A DNA stretch of 63,690 nt, counting the filler, from Octopus bimaculoides (taxonomy: Eukaryota), in NCBI RefSeq assembly GCF_001194135.2. It is 5 parts of 4 records of this genome, joined end to end, with 100 filler letters (N's around TTAATTAATTAA, not from the genome) between each part and the next. Parts side by side here need not be neighbours in the genome. Positions count along the whole stretch, not along the records: positions 23,349 to 34,027 come from NC_068999.1; positions 34,128 to 56,168 come from NC_068982.1; 3 more parts are not named here. One strand, 5' to 3'. Under the pieces are notes generated by a model, which was given only the letters and a program-made list of their open reading frames with translations, searched no databases and was not told where the DNA came from. Shown piece by piece: positions 27,393-40,401 of the stretch. Position 1 is the first letter of the stretch, and each line of letters opens with the position of its first letter. Both the position numbers and the translations under genes were made by a program.

Positions 27393-28117
27393 CATACGTA
27401 TACACACACACATATATACATATACATATGTGCGTGAATGTGTGTATATATGTGTATGTATATATGTGTGTGTGTGTGTATATATGTGTGTGTAAGACAA
27501 CAACGATACTAATAACTGCACAAAAAATATGTAAATTCGTTAAAAGTATTAACACTCGTTCTAACAGAATATAATTATGATTGCATTTCTCGTTGATGTA
27601 TAATTGAAAATTGTACTATGTCTAGATTCGTGTATCTAATTTCAAACATCATACAGATTTGAATTTTATTTGCATATCCTGGCAAACAATGTAACGCTAA
27701 CAGCCATCTTGCGAGTTCCCTGGGGTCGCCCTCGGCCACTACCGGGAACAGTTATGGCATTATAAAAATTAAAAAAACTTCATATGGCAATTTGCCAAAA
27801 TATGGTGCGTCTTTTTTAACAGGTTTCTAACGAGCCAATCATTGGTTCATTACATTTCTGACAGCAGGAACAGTGACAGTGACAAGAGAGTGTACGTAAC
27901 TCGGTGCAGAGCAAATATCGCAAGGCCTTCTCTTCACTGCGTATTTCTTTTCATGCAGACGTATAGAAATACACACCAATTTCTATATGAAGGTGTGTGT
28001 GTGTGTGTGTGTGTGTGTATAGCGATTATATCAATGACAAGAGAACAAGGGTTTATCTAATGAACTTCATTAACTATATAATTTCTTTTTCCCTGATCAT
28101 AGATGCGCTCTTGTAGT

Positions 28118-28442
28118 GGAGGCGCAATGGCCCAGTGGTTAGGGCAGCGGACTCGCGGTCATAGGATCGCGGTTTCGATTCCCAGACCGGGCATTGTGTG
28201 TGTTTATTGAGCGAAAACACCTAAAGCTCCACGAGGCTCCGGCAGGGGATGGTGGCGAACCCTGCTGTACTCTTTCACCACAACTTTCTCTTACTTCCTG
28301 TTTCTGTTGCGCCTGTAATTCAAAGGGTCAGCCTTGTCACACTGTGTGTCACGCTGAATATCCCCGAGAACTACGTTAAGGGTACACGTGTCTGTGGAGT
28401 GCTCAGCCACTTGCACGTTAACTTCACGAGCAGGCTGTTCCG
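28118..28442 (+). mobile_element. Young tRNA-derived SINE
   Basis: A box TGGCCCAGTGG at 28128 and B box GGTTTCGATTCC at 28171; CpG-rich; 3' part shared with 57415-57590 and 5' part shared with 38728-38900. Confidence 0.88.
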
Positions 28443-29678
28443 NNNNNNNNNNNNNNNNNNNNNNNNNNNNNNNNNNNNNNNNNNNNNNNNNNNNNNNNNN
28501 NNNNNNNNNNNNNNNNNNNNNNNNNNNNNNNNNNNNNNNNNNNNNNNNNNNNNNNNNNNNNNNNNNNNNNNNNNNNNNNNNNNNNNNNNNNNNNNNNNNN
28601 NNNNNNNNNNNNNNNNNNNNNNNNNNNNNNNNNNNNNNNNNNNNNNNNNNNNNNNNNNNNNNNNNNNNNNNNNNNNNNNNNNNNNNNNNNNNNNNNNNNN
28701 NNNNNNNNNNNNNNNNNNNNNNNNNNNNNNNNNNNNNNNNNNNNNNNNNNNNNNNNNNNNNNNNNNNNNNNNNNNNNNNNNNNNNNNNNNNNNNNNNNNN
28801 NNNNNNNNNNNNNNNNNNNNNNNNNNNNNNNNNNNNNNNNNNNNNNNNNNNNNNNNNNNNNNNNNNNNNNNNNNNNNNNNNNNNNNNNNNNNNNNNNNNN
28901 NNNNNNNNNNNNNNNNNNNNNNNNNNNNNNNNNNNNNNNNNNNNNNNNNNNNNNNNNNNNNNNNNNNNNNNNNNNNNNNNNNNNNNNNNNNNNNNNNNNN
29001 NNNNNNNNNNNNNNNNNNNNNNNNNNNNNNNNNNNNNNNNNNNNNNNNNNNNNNNNNNNNNNNNNNNNNNNNNNNNNNNNNNNNNNNNNNNNNNNNNNNN
29101 NNNNNNNNNNNNNNNNNNNNNNNNNNNNNNNNNNNNNNNNNNNNNNNNNNNNNNNNNNNNNNNNNNNNNNNNNNNNNNNNNNNNNNNNNNNNNNNNNNNN
29201 NNNNNNNNNNNNNNNNNNNNNNNNNNNNNNNNNNNNNNNNNNNNNNNNNNNNNNNNNNNNNNNNNNNNNNNNNNNNNNNNNNNNNNNNNNNNNNNNNNNN
29301 NNNNNNNNNNNNNNNNNNNNNNNNNNNNNNNNNNNNNNNNNNNNNNNNNNNNNNNNNNNNNNNNNNNNNNNNNNNNNNNNNNNNNNNNNNNNNNNNNNNN
29401 NNNNNNNNNNNNNNNNNNNNNNNNGCATTGTGCGTGGAATAGAATCGAATCCTTTTAGAGATGGACAGTCGTATGTTTGGAGAAGCAACTGTGTACCCTT
29501 TCGTCTCTTGAAATAGACCTTCATAATTTTGAGATCAGATTCAATAATGGGGCGTGGGTTTATCGATACCAACGCCCCCAGTATATAACAGTTACTTTAC
29601 TTTATCGACCCTGAAAGAATGAAAAGCAAGGTTTCACCATTGCTGGATTTGAACTTAGATTGTAAAAGATCGGGAAGA

Positions 29679-29892
29679 AATCCTTTCTATTATAGGCACA
29701 AGGCTTGACATTTGGGGGGGGGGGCAGTCGCTTAGATCGACACTAGTGCGCAAATATTTTTAATTTGTCGACACTGAAGGGATGAAAGGCAAATTCGACC
29801 TCGGCGAAATTGGAGCTCAGAACACAAAGACAGACGAAATACAGACAAGGATTTCGCCCGGCGTGCTAACGTTTCTGCCAGCTCATCGTCTT
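29679..29892 (-). mobile_element. tRNA-derived SINE, family C
   Basis: Homologous to 9921-10146. Confidence 0.85.
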
Positions 29893-30327
29893 AAATTGAT
29901 GGAAATATTTTAATATAAATGTGGTTAAAACTGTAAGTCGGCTAATAAGTTAAAGAGATAAATATGGTTACGGAAGTTTTGAGACAGAAGAGAGACAGAA
30001 GAAAAGACACGGGGAGGGAGGAGAGAAGGAAATGAAAGGGGGGAGAAGGAAGAGAGGGATATGTAATGTGAGATATTAGGGAGGGGAAGAAATGATGCGA
30101 CGAATGAATAGTATTGAAATCAAGCAGGATGGTTATGTTTGCTTGAACACAATATCCAAGAAAAGCAATGAAAAGTAGTTGACAGAGACGGTCAAGAATT
30201 TGAAGGCGAAGCTGGGGATGAAATGAACCAGGAGTCAGGGTGAGGTTAAGAGTTTAAGAAGTGAATGGAATTAGTAGTATATGGCCATGAATATGTGGTG
30301 TCAAGATGCTCTTTCATTATCGCGATT

Positions 30328-30372
<45 letters not shown>

Positions 30373-31567
30373 NNNNNNNNNNNNNNNNNNNNNNNNNNNN
30401 NNNNNNNNNNNNNNNNNNNNNNNNNNNNNNNNNNNNNNNNNNNNNNNNNNNNNNNNNNNNNNNNNNNNNNNNNNNNNNNNNNNNNNNNNNNNNNNNNNNN
30501 NNNNNNNNNNNNNNNNNNNNNNNNNNNNNNNNNNNNNNNNNNNNNNNNNNNNNNNNNNNNNNNNNNNNNNNNNNNNNNNNNNNNNNNNNNNNNNNNNNNN
30601 NNNNNNNNNNNNNNNNNNNNNNNNNNNNNNNNNNNNNNNNNNNNNNNNNNNNNNNNNNNNNNNNNNNNNNNNNNNNNNNNNNNNNNNNNNNNNNNNNNNN
30701 NNNNNNNNNNNNNNNNNNNNNNNNNNNNNNNNNNNNNNNNNNNNNNNNNNNNNNNNNNNNNNNNNNNAAAAGTGGAAGCAATATTATTGATAATGGCACG
30801 AAGTTACATTTGGCCCGCTGGCCGATAACTGATGAAGAGTGGGTGACCTTCTATGTTTGTTTATCCGTCCATCTGTGCATTTACTATATTTTTTTCGCTT
30901 TGAACCTTTCTGTCTGTTTTCCATCCGTTTGAGAAGTTACTTTCCGTGTGTTATGTTTTTGCTAAAAATTCCCTTTGTTGTGTTCTTTCTGAATATATTT
31001 CGGGATGCTCATTTTTTTTCCTTCTTGCCAAATAAACACACGCACTATATATTCCTTCTTCATTTGTTTATTGTTCTTATTCTCTAACTCATGTCTATTG
31101 TCCGGAAATCTTTCGTCACACAGCTGTGACCTCTTCAGCTTCATTTCCCGTCTTCACCGCTGAGAACACACTAAGGAAGCAAGCGTCACTGAAGCGGTCA
31201 AATACGTGTGACGAACGATTTCCACATGTGTATGTGTGCGTATTTATATATATGAATTTCAGTGTCGAAGATATAATTAACCCAATGATTCAGAAACACA
31301 CAAAGATCGCTAGCCTCACCGAAGTATTTACTTCTAATATGGTGATAAAATTTGCGCCGCTCGAAACTGTGAGCTATGTTTCAAAATACTTTGTCCATGA
31401 ACAGGCTGCAGTCCCAAGCGACGAAGATTTCTTCATTTATTTCACAAATGTATGTGTAAGTGAAATCGATGGTCGTTCTATGTTACTGAATGGGTAACTT
31501 ACATCTTCCACATAGAGATCAACTTCGTTTCAGCTCACGATCTGAGATCAAATTACCTACTTTGCAG

Positions 31568-31610
<43 letters not shown>

Positions 31611-31620
31611 NNNNNNNNNN

Positions 31621-32462
31621 ATGGACTTCAACTTTTAATAACTCCCTCAACTTTACAAATAAATGCATGAAATTTTGATATAATGTAAAGGACATAATGA
31701 AAATTAGTATACACAAGTTAAATTTTGCAACACCACTGCATCACATATGCAAAATGACGTCGCTTAAATGCCAGCCATTTTCGGCTTCGTACGCCCGTGC
31801 TTTTTCCAAATCTTGCACCATAACACCCTCGAGAGTTTCATATTCCAGTTCTCTGATTTCTATATTGATGTTCCACTTCAGTTGCACCAGGATCTCCAGT
31901 GCAACTGAGAGAAAAATCCGGGCTACTCAAGGCTGGGGAACGTGAAGGCCATTCAAAGTAGACCTCACACATGGTTCCAGCAAGATGAGGCAACTGAACA
32001 CACCGCAAGAGAAACAATGCAGTTGCTACGGCAGTGCTTTGGAGAGAGTATTATTTCCCGCTGCGGCCATGTCAATTGGCTTCACGTTCCTCAGACTTGA
32101 CTAGCCTGGATTTTTTTTCTGGTGGGGATACTTGAAAGAGAGGGTTTGCGTCAATAAACCGGAGACCCTGGAGCAACTGAAGGAGAGCATCAATAAAGAA
32201 ATCAGAGAAGTAGGGTCTGAAACACTTGAGGGTGTTATAGTGCAAGTTTTGGAAACAGCACGGGCGTGCGAAGCCGAAAAATGGCTGCCATTTGAGCGAT
32301 GTCATTTTTCGTATGTGATGGAGTGGTGTGTTGCAAAATGTGACTTATGCATATCAATTTCAATTCTGTCTTTTATATTGTATCAAACTTTCATGCATTT
32401 ATTTGTAAAGCTAAGGACGTTATTAAAAATTGAAACCCATCAGTGGCTTTTGGGACAACCTG
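31621..32462 (+). mobile_element. Tc1/mariner (DD41D, rosa-group-like) deletion derivative with fold-back structure
   Basis: WFQQD...NWPSRSSDLTSLDFF..WGYLKERV transposase C-terminus with 41 residues between catalytic D2 and D3 (after correcting one frameshift); right end ...GGGACAACCTG followed by TA; the left 330 bp is an inverted copy of the right part. Confidence 0.88.
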
Positions 32463-32480
32463 TATGTATGTATGTGCGTG

Positions 32481-32525
<45 letters not shown>

Positions 32526-32528
<3 letters not shown>

Positions 32529-32795
32529 CTGGTACTCTGTTGGTTACGGTGACGAGGGTTCCAGTTGATCTGATCAACGGAACAGCCTGCATGTATACTT
32601 AACGTAGTTCTCAGGATTGGTTCAGCAAGAAAGAAAGAAGGCTACCTCTTTGAATTACAGGTATTACTCATTTTTGCCAGCTGAGATAACTGGAGTAACG
32701 TGAAATAAAGGTTCTTGATGGAGGATACAACAGGCTGACAGTAATTGAACTGAGAACATTACAATTGTAAGCGGAATACCCTAACCACTACGCCA
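32526..32795 (-). mobile_element. tRNA-derived SINE, family D (degenerate)
   Basis: Homologous to 57415-57725. Confidence 0.75.
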
Positions 32796-32883
32796 CGTGA
32801 CTTCACATATACGCACACACATGCACACACTCATATATATAAATATAGAAACGGGCACGTATAAATATTTACATGAGTGTGTT

Positions 32884-32939
<56 letters not shown>

Positions 32940-33982
32940 TAAGCGCATCTTTCAATTTCAATTACGAGAAACTAGCATAGCACCGTTAAAAGGGTGGCTC
33001 GATCAACAGAAATTAACCTCTCCTTTGTGGAAGAACAGACTAAATCCAGGAAAGAAATTTTATCTAAATTGGTAGCTACTAAAAACAAATAGTCCAAGAA
33101 TGCAATCGTGGAAAGCTATTACACATAAAGGCTTCTTTTTACGAAATAATTGTTTTCATTTAATGTAACGGATTAATATGAAAGAGATATTGCTTGTAGG
33201 TGTTACTGTATGTCTCTGCAGAAATAGTGACGAGCACAGTTTGGCCAAGCAAAAATCCTATTTTTGCTTTATCAATTCCGTTTTAAAATATATTTTTCTT
33301 CCAGGGCAATTATATATAATTTGAGAATTCTATAATGTGAGCTTTCTTCTCATATACATTTTATCAAAATCTGACGCTTGTCTATCATATTAGATCCTTT
33401 CAATCACTCTCGTACTTCTACCCATTCAAAACATTTGTTCCACATTTGTTTGTGACTGCTGAACGGTAGCGCTCGTTCTAGTTCAATGCCCTAGAGCGCT
33501 ATACCGCGATTTGTGTTGAAAATGTTACAGACATGGAGAGGACATTATTTTGTTTCATTTTGAAATAAAAATCAATGGGTATAGGTCAGATAATCCTTAT
33601 GAAACACAAAACTATATACTTATTCGGACTTCGCTCTCTAAAACTTGTTAAAACAGCGAGAGGAAATAAATAACAATCTCAGTACGACGATTCCATTCTA
33701 ATTTTGTACTCTGGGAGAGTTATGTAGCTCAATTTATTGAATTTTTCCGTAGAAATAAATATTTACTTACCAATTAGTTCGTCTAAATTAGTTCAAACTA
33801 CTGAATGTTTTCGTAGAAATATGTTTACTTACCAATTATTCGTCTTTTTCTTGAAATTCTGGCTCAAATTCGATATTTGAAGCCTTGGATTCGTGTTCTG
33901 TTTTATTTAGCCCAAGGGTGGTACATTGCTGGTACATACATGTATGTATGTATATATTTGTATGTATGTATACATATATGTT

Positions 33983-34027
<45 letters not shown>

Positions 34028-34127
34028 NNNNNNNNNNNNNNNNNNNNNNNNNNNNNNNNNNNNNNNNNNNNTTAATTAATTAANNNNNNNNNNNNNNNNN
34101 NNNNNNNNNNNNNNNNNNNNNNNNNNN

Positions 34128-34165
<38 letters not shown>

Positions 34166-35429
34166 CATTCAACAATTAGCAGCTGTTAATGATGCATTGA
34201 AACAATTGTAGTGATTTGTAATAAAGCCTGTTCAATCCATCTTCTCATACTAAAATTTTCTTTTTTAATGTCCTGTGAATATTTGCAGATTTCCACATGG
34301 ATGTCCAGTAATGGATTTCCTAGTGTGTAATAAGCTCTAAGAGTAGCCAATGGACAGGAGCTTTTGAAAGCACACTATAAAGTTATTGACCAGATTTTAT
34401 ATATTCTTTTCTTTTATTCTTTTACTTGTTTCAGTCATTTAACTGCGACCATGCTAGAGCACTGCCTTTAGTCGGGCAAACTGACACCACAACTTATTCT
34501 TTGTAAGCCTAGTACTTATTCTATCGGTATCTCTTGCTGAACCACTAAGTGATGGGGACGTAAACACACCAGCATCGGTTGTCAAACGATGTTGGGGGGA
34601 CAAACGCAGACACACAAACATATACATACATATATATATAGTAAAGAGTGACTCTGTTGCTGTCATGTCTTGTTTCGCCTCAAATCAACTCTCTGATGAA
34701 GGATATTGCAGCTGAAACCATCCCAGTTTTTACAGGATCTAATTTAGTATCCTCTCGTTATTTTCCTGGTGTCTTTACATCATATAAGTGATACACATTC
34801 CCTTTTTTCTTCCCACCTCCAGAATAACTTAAACTTACGAAAGGAAAGCCTTATATTACTTCGAACACCTGAAACAAGGACCACCTAAAACTCTGGAAAC
34901 AAGCGTGGATGTTCAGGACAAACTAATGAAAAATGCTTTGGAGAGGCAAAGATCTAAGACAACCAGACATGATTTGGCTCCTATTTTTACCAGATCAAGC
35001 AACCATGTTGACGCTCCCTTATTCACTTGCATTGGGAACACGTGTAGATGCTGGTTACTTTGGCCACTTGGAAAACATTTTCCTAAAGTCAACGAGTACG
35101 TTATCGTAAACTTCTGAGATTCCTCACTTTGTAACAGCATGAGAAAATATGCTGTGATAAAATGGACTGAAGAGCAGCAGCTTTCATAGCTTTTAATCTG
35201 CTGACATAAATTATTGATCCCTAAAATAATCAATATATTTGCCAGTGTTGGAGAGCAATATAAGGAGAAGCCATGCTGTTTTTTTATGATGTCTGCCATA
35301 TCAATTTTGTAATGAAACCTCTTGCATTTGGCTGTTAACGCAGTTGCACCAGTTGTCATTGTTGGGGGCCAGGAGGTGCAGCATGGCAAGGTGTTTCTAG
35401 AAATGGCTGCCTTAATTAAAACAGTCTTT

Positions 35430-35782
35430 TATTTTGACTGCGGCCATGCTGGAGCACCGCCTATAGTTGAACAAATCGACCCCAGGACTTATTCTTTGTA
35501 AGCTTAGCACTTATTCTATCGGTCTCTTTTGCCAAACCACTAGGTTACAGGTACGTAAACACACCAACATCACTGTCAAGCAATGGTGGGGGGACAAACA
35601 TATACATATATATATGTTTGTATATATATGACAGGCTTCTTTCAGTTTCCATCTGCCAAATCCACTTACAAGTCTTTAGTCAGCCCAAGGCTATAGCTGA
35701 AGACACTTGCCCATGGTGGGACTGAACCCGGAACCATGTGGTTGATAAGCAAGCTACTTACCACACAGCCATTCCTGTGCCT
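35430..35782 (-). mobile_element. tRNA-derived SINE, family A
   Basis: Head, CTTGGGCAAGTGTCTT-type core, microsatellite and ...AATGACTGAAAC-type tail, as in 47914-48260. Confidence 0.8.
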
Positions 35783-35986
35783 ATGTGTGTAATAATACTT
35801 TCCAATTTTGGCACAGGGCCAGCACTTTCAGGGGAGGCGGGGTTAAATCGATTACATCGACCCCAGTACTCAGCTGATACATATCTTATCAACCAGAAAA
35901 GGATGGAAGACGAAGTGAGACTCAGCAGAATTTGAACTCAGACCACAAAGACTGACAAAATACAGCATTTTTTATTGCATACTGCC

Positions 35987-36018
<32 letters not shown>

Positions 36019-37144
36019 TTTAGCACAAGGCCGGCAGTTTTGGGTGAGGTGGGGAAGTTGGTTAAATTGACCTGTGATCAACTGGTTCCTATTTTGGATG
36101 TTGTTATACATCACTGGTCACAGTGCACTTTGCATCATTTTAGCTTTCAACTGATGTCACCTCACTGGTGAAGCATGCTAGCCAACATTCCTCGTGATTG
36201 GAAGGCTAGTTTGTCACAGGGTGTCCCACTTACGGCTGAGTGGACTGGAGCAAAAGTAAAAGGAAGTGTTTTCTTCAAGAACACAACATGCTGTCTGGTC
36301 TGGGAATCACACTCCCCATCGAGGGATCATGAGTGCAATGCCCTAACCACCGGGCCATGCACTTTCCACATATATATTTCTCATCATCATCATCATCATC
36401 AGTGGATGCAAGCATGGCTGTGTAGTTGAGATGTTTACTTCCCAACCACATGGTTCCAGGTTCAGTCCCACTACATGGCACCTTGGGCAAGTGTCTTCTT
36501 CTATAACCCTGGACTGGCTAAAGCCTTGTGAGTAGATTCAGTAGACAGAAACTGTGTGGAAGCCCATTGTATAGAGATATGTGGGGTGGGGAATATGCTA
36601 CTGTTTCCTCAACTTTGCATCACATGACAATTGAAAATGAGTGTGACCATCGAAGAAGCAGTGTCGTTCATTTCCAGTCTTTTGTGAAAACATGTCTGTC
36701 CATGAGGAAATGTTACCTTGCTTGGAAATAGGTGAGGATTGGTGACAGGAAGAGCATCCGGCCATAGAAACTCTGCTTCAATAAAACTGCAAGCATGGAA
36801 AAGAGGACGGGCAAACAATGACAATGATCACACACACACACACACATACATGCACACATATATACTTAACACATGTACAATATATATACGCACACATAAA
36901 TATATATGTACACATGCACTGTATATTTACACCCACGCACACCTACATTGAAGAAGAAATAAATATACACATTGTACCATTTAAAAAGAAATCATAAATC
37001 ACCCCACCCCCACCCCGCCACTCCCCAACCACTCGTCAAAATGCACTCAATCTCTCTTTCCTCCTCCTCCTCCTCCCTCTCCTCTTGACAAGTAGGTGTG
37101 CTAAGGAAGTGCTGCCTAGGCCTCCCAAGTGCCAACCTAAATGA

Positions 37145-38206
37145 CACGTGCAATATGGATGGCTCTAGTCGTGTGCAATATGGATGGCTNNNNNNNNNNN
37201 NNNNNNNNNNNNNNNNNNNNNNNNNNNNNNNNNNNNNNNNNNNNNNNNNNNNNNNNNNNNNNNNNNNNNNNNNNNNNNNNNNNNNNNNNNNNNNNNNNNN
37301 NNNNNNNNNNNNNNNNNNNNNNNNNNNNNNNNNNNNNNNNNNNNNNNNNNNNNNNNNNNNNNNNNNNNNNNNNNNNNNNNNNNNNNNNNNNNNNNNNNNN
37401 NNNNNNNNNNNNNNNNNNNNNNNNNNNNNNNNNNNNNNNNNNNNNNNNNNNNNNNNNNNNNNNNNNNNNNNNNNNNNNNNNNNNNNNNNNNNNNNNNNNN
37501 NNNNNNNNNNNNNNNNNNNNNNNNNNNNNNNNNNNNNNNNNNNNNNNNNNNNNNNNNNNNNNNNNNNNNNNNNNNNNNNNNNNNNNNNNNNNNNNNNNNN
37601 NNNNNNNNNNNNNNNNNNNNNNNNNNNNNNNNNNNNNNNNNNNNNNNNNNNNNNNNNNNNNNNNNNNNNNNNNNNNNNNNNNNNNNNNNNNNNNNNNNNN
37701 NNNNNNNNNNNNNNNNNNNNNNNNNNNNNNNNNNNNNNNNNNNNNNNNNNNNNNNNNNNNNNNNNNNNNNNNNNNNNNNNNNNNNNNNNNNNNNNNNNNN
37801 NNNNNNNNNNNNNNNNNNNNNNNNNNNNNNNNNNNNNNNNNNNNNNNNNNNNNNNNNNNNNNNNNNNNNNNNNNNNNNNNNNNNNNNNNNNNNNNNNNNN
37901 NNNNNNNNNNNNNNNNNNNNNNNNNNNNNNNNNNNNNNNNNNNNNNNNNNNNNNNNNNNNNNNNNNNNNNNNNNNNNNNNNNNNNNNNNNNNNNNNNNNN
38001 NNNNNNNNNNNNNNNNNNNNNNNNNNNNNNNNNNNNNNNNNNNNNNCGTGTGCAATATGGATGGCTCTAGTCGTGTGCAATATGGATGGCTCTAGTCGTG
38101 TGCAATATGGATGGCTCTAGTCGTGTGCAATATGGATGGCTCTAGTCGTGTGCAATATGGATGGCTCTAGTCATGTGCAATATGGATGGCTCTAGTCATG
38201 TGCAAA
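37145..38206. repeat. 25-bp minisatellite (CGTGTGCAATATGGATGGCTCTAGT)n, middle in gap
   Basis: Units start at 37145 and 37170, then 38047, 38072, 38097, 38122, 38147, 38172 and 38197; about 42 copies if the gap size is correct. Confidence 0.95.
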
Positions 38207-38652
38207 TCGCTGCCTCTCTTCTCAAACTACTTCCCTATATCTTACATGGCAATCAATGGTTAATGTGTCTTTTAGAATTGGCGCAGAAATTTGGTCAACT
38301 TCACTTTGAGGTTTTTAGCGAACGTTTTCTCCTGCATATTGCTAATTTGTTGCTGTTGTTGTTCATCTTATCTTGGCTGTTATTTCTAGCAGCCATAGCC
38401 ACCACATAGAGGAAGGTCTTCCTTACTGGTTCGTTCATAATTACTTTCACTTGCTGGCAATCTTTGACATTTTATTCCAATCAGTAAAGGGTTTCCTTTT
38501 CACCCCTAATTTAATCTTTTGGCTACTGAAATTTTTTTAATTACCACTAAATACTAATTAACTAATTAGAAATGGTTTTACAGCCTTTATTCCCAAGATA
38601 TCATTCTTAAAAGAAAGAGAAGACACTGTATTTTGTATTCCTATTGTCATCA

Positions 38653-38690
<38 letters not shown>

Positions 38691-38727
38691 ATCGTCATCA
38701 TTTCCCATGCTAGCATGAGTTGTTTCG

Positions 38728-39030
38728 TGGTTTCGATTCTCAGACCGGGCGTTGTGAGTGTTTATTGAGCAAAAACACCTAAAGCTCCACGAGGCTCTGG
38801 CAGGGGGTGGTGGCCAGCCCTGCTGTACTCTTCCACGAGGCTCTGGCAGGGGATGGTGGTGACCCCTGCTCTACTCTTCCACCACAGCTTTCTCTTGCTC
38901 CTTCTTCCTGTTTCTTGAGTAACGCTGTGATAGACTGGCGTCCCATCCAGCTGGGGGGACCACATACGCCATAGAAACCAGATCCATGAGCCTAGCTGGG
39001 CTTGAAAAGGGCACATAAATAAAATATATA
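38728..39030 (+). mobile_element. SINE sharing its 5' body with 28118 but with a different tail; internal ~47-bp tandem duplication
   Basis: GTTTCGATTCTCAGACCGGGC...CTAAAGCTCCACGAGGCTC shared with 28172-28300; CCACGAGGCTCTGGCAGGGG...TACTCTT occurs twice. Confidence 0.75.
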
Positions 39031-39042
39031 TATTCATAATCA

Positions 39043-39597
39043 TTAGAAGTTCCACTCTAATGGTGGAGGGAAGCTGTGGAAGAGGTAGACCCAGAAAGAT
39101 GTGGGTTGAGGTGTTAAAGTATGATCTTTGAATGCTGGGCCTCACAGAGGAAATGACAATTGACCAAGACCTTTGTTGATATGCAATGCTTAAGAAGACC
39201 CATCAAGCCAAGTGAGATCATAGTCATGGCCGATGCCAGTATCGCATGACTGGTACGTAAAAAGCACCCTTCACACATTGGCCAATATGCTGTGCTTGAG
39301 AAGACCTGCGAAAGCCAAGTGAAATTGTAGCCCATGGCCAATGCCATTTGACTGGCATGTAAACAGCACCGTTTGAGTGTTGGGCCTCGTGGAGGCAGTG
39401 ACAGGTGACCAAGACCTTTGGCATACACTCTTGGAGTGGTTGGCATTAGGAAGGGCATCTAGCCGTAGAAACCTTGACAAATCAGATTGGAACCTGGTGC
39501 AGCTCCCCGGGTTACTAGTTTTCAGTCGAACTGTCTGACCCATGCTAGCATGGAAAGCAGACATTAAACAATGATGATGATGATGATGATGATGATT
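39043..39597 (+). mobile_element. 5'-truncated RTE LINE: ORF end, 3' UTR and (GAT)n tail
   Basis: VEGSCGRGRPRKMW.EVLKYDL.MLGLTEEMTIDQDL..YAMLKKTHQAK* followed by the tail seen throughout the window. Confidence 0.85.
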
Positions 39598-39947
39598 AGA
39601 CTGCAACCATTGCTGGGAAGGTTTTAGCCAAATGAATCAACCCCAGTAGTTCCATTTTTTTCTTTTTTTAAAGCCTGATATTTTTATCAGTCTCTTTTGC
39701 CAAACCACTAAGTTATGGCGACATAAACACACCAACACCGTTTGTCAAGCAGTGGTGAGAATAAACTGAGATATAACCACCACACACACACAAACACACA
39801 CATACATACGACAGGCTTCTTCCAATTTCCATCTTCCAAAGACACTTGGCCAAGGTGCCACACTGTGAGACTGAACCTGGAACCATATGGTTGGCAAGCA
39901 AACCACATGGCCACACCTGCACATATACTCAAATATACATGCATGCA

Positions 39948-40026
<79 letters not shown>

Positions 40027-40131
40027 TCTCACAGTCTGATTAAGTGAAGGTAGATGGGGTTGGGGAAGATAACATTGCGTCTAAAACAGCTGAAATGTTT
40101 ACATCCATCCAGCAGTAGTGGCAGCAGCAGC

Positions 40132-40175
<44 letters not shown>

Positions 40176-40367
40176 TAGTAGTGGTAGTGGTAGTAATGCT
40201 ATATAGAATTGTGTTCTTTGAGAGTCTTGTCATTTTGTTTTCTGCCACTGCTGCTTGGTGCCTTCTACCATTTGAGAAATTGTTTGCTTTGTGCTGCTGC
40301 TGCTGCTATCACTACTACTCTATGTAATCTAATAGTGTTACTAGTTAATCCCCCCTCCCCACTGCTG

Positions 40368-40401
<34 letters not shown>

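Noticed and set aside
28118-28193. Possible tRNA gene
   Set aside because: A and B boxes are present but the acceptor and T stems do not close, and the sequence continues into a SINE body shared with other copies
34692-34722. Hammerhead-like CTGATGA...GAAAC
   Set aside because: Stem II has only about 2 bp and there are no stems I or III; similar remnants at 30829 and about 22510 also fail
34913-35389. 158-aa minus-strand ORF
   Set aside because: No recognisable domain or consistent exon boundaries; left unannotated
37145-38206. Possible CRISPR-like array
   Set aside because: Head-to-tail 25-bp units with no unique spacers, no cas genes, eukaryotic context
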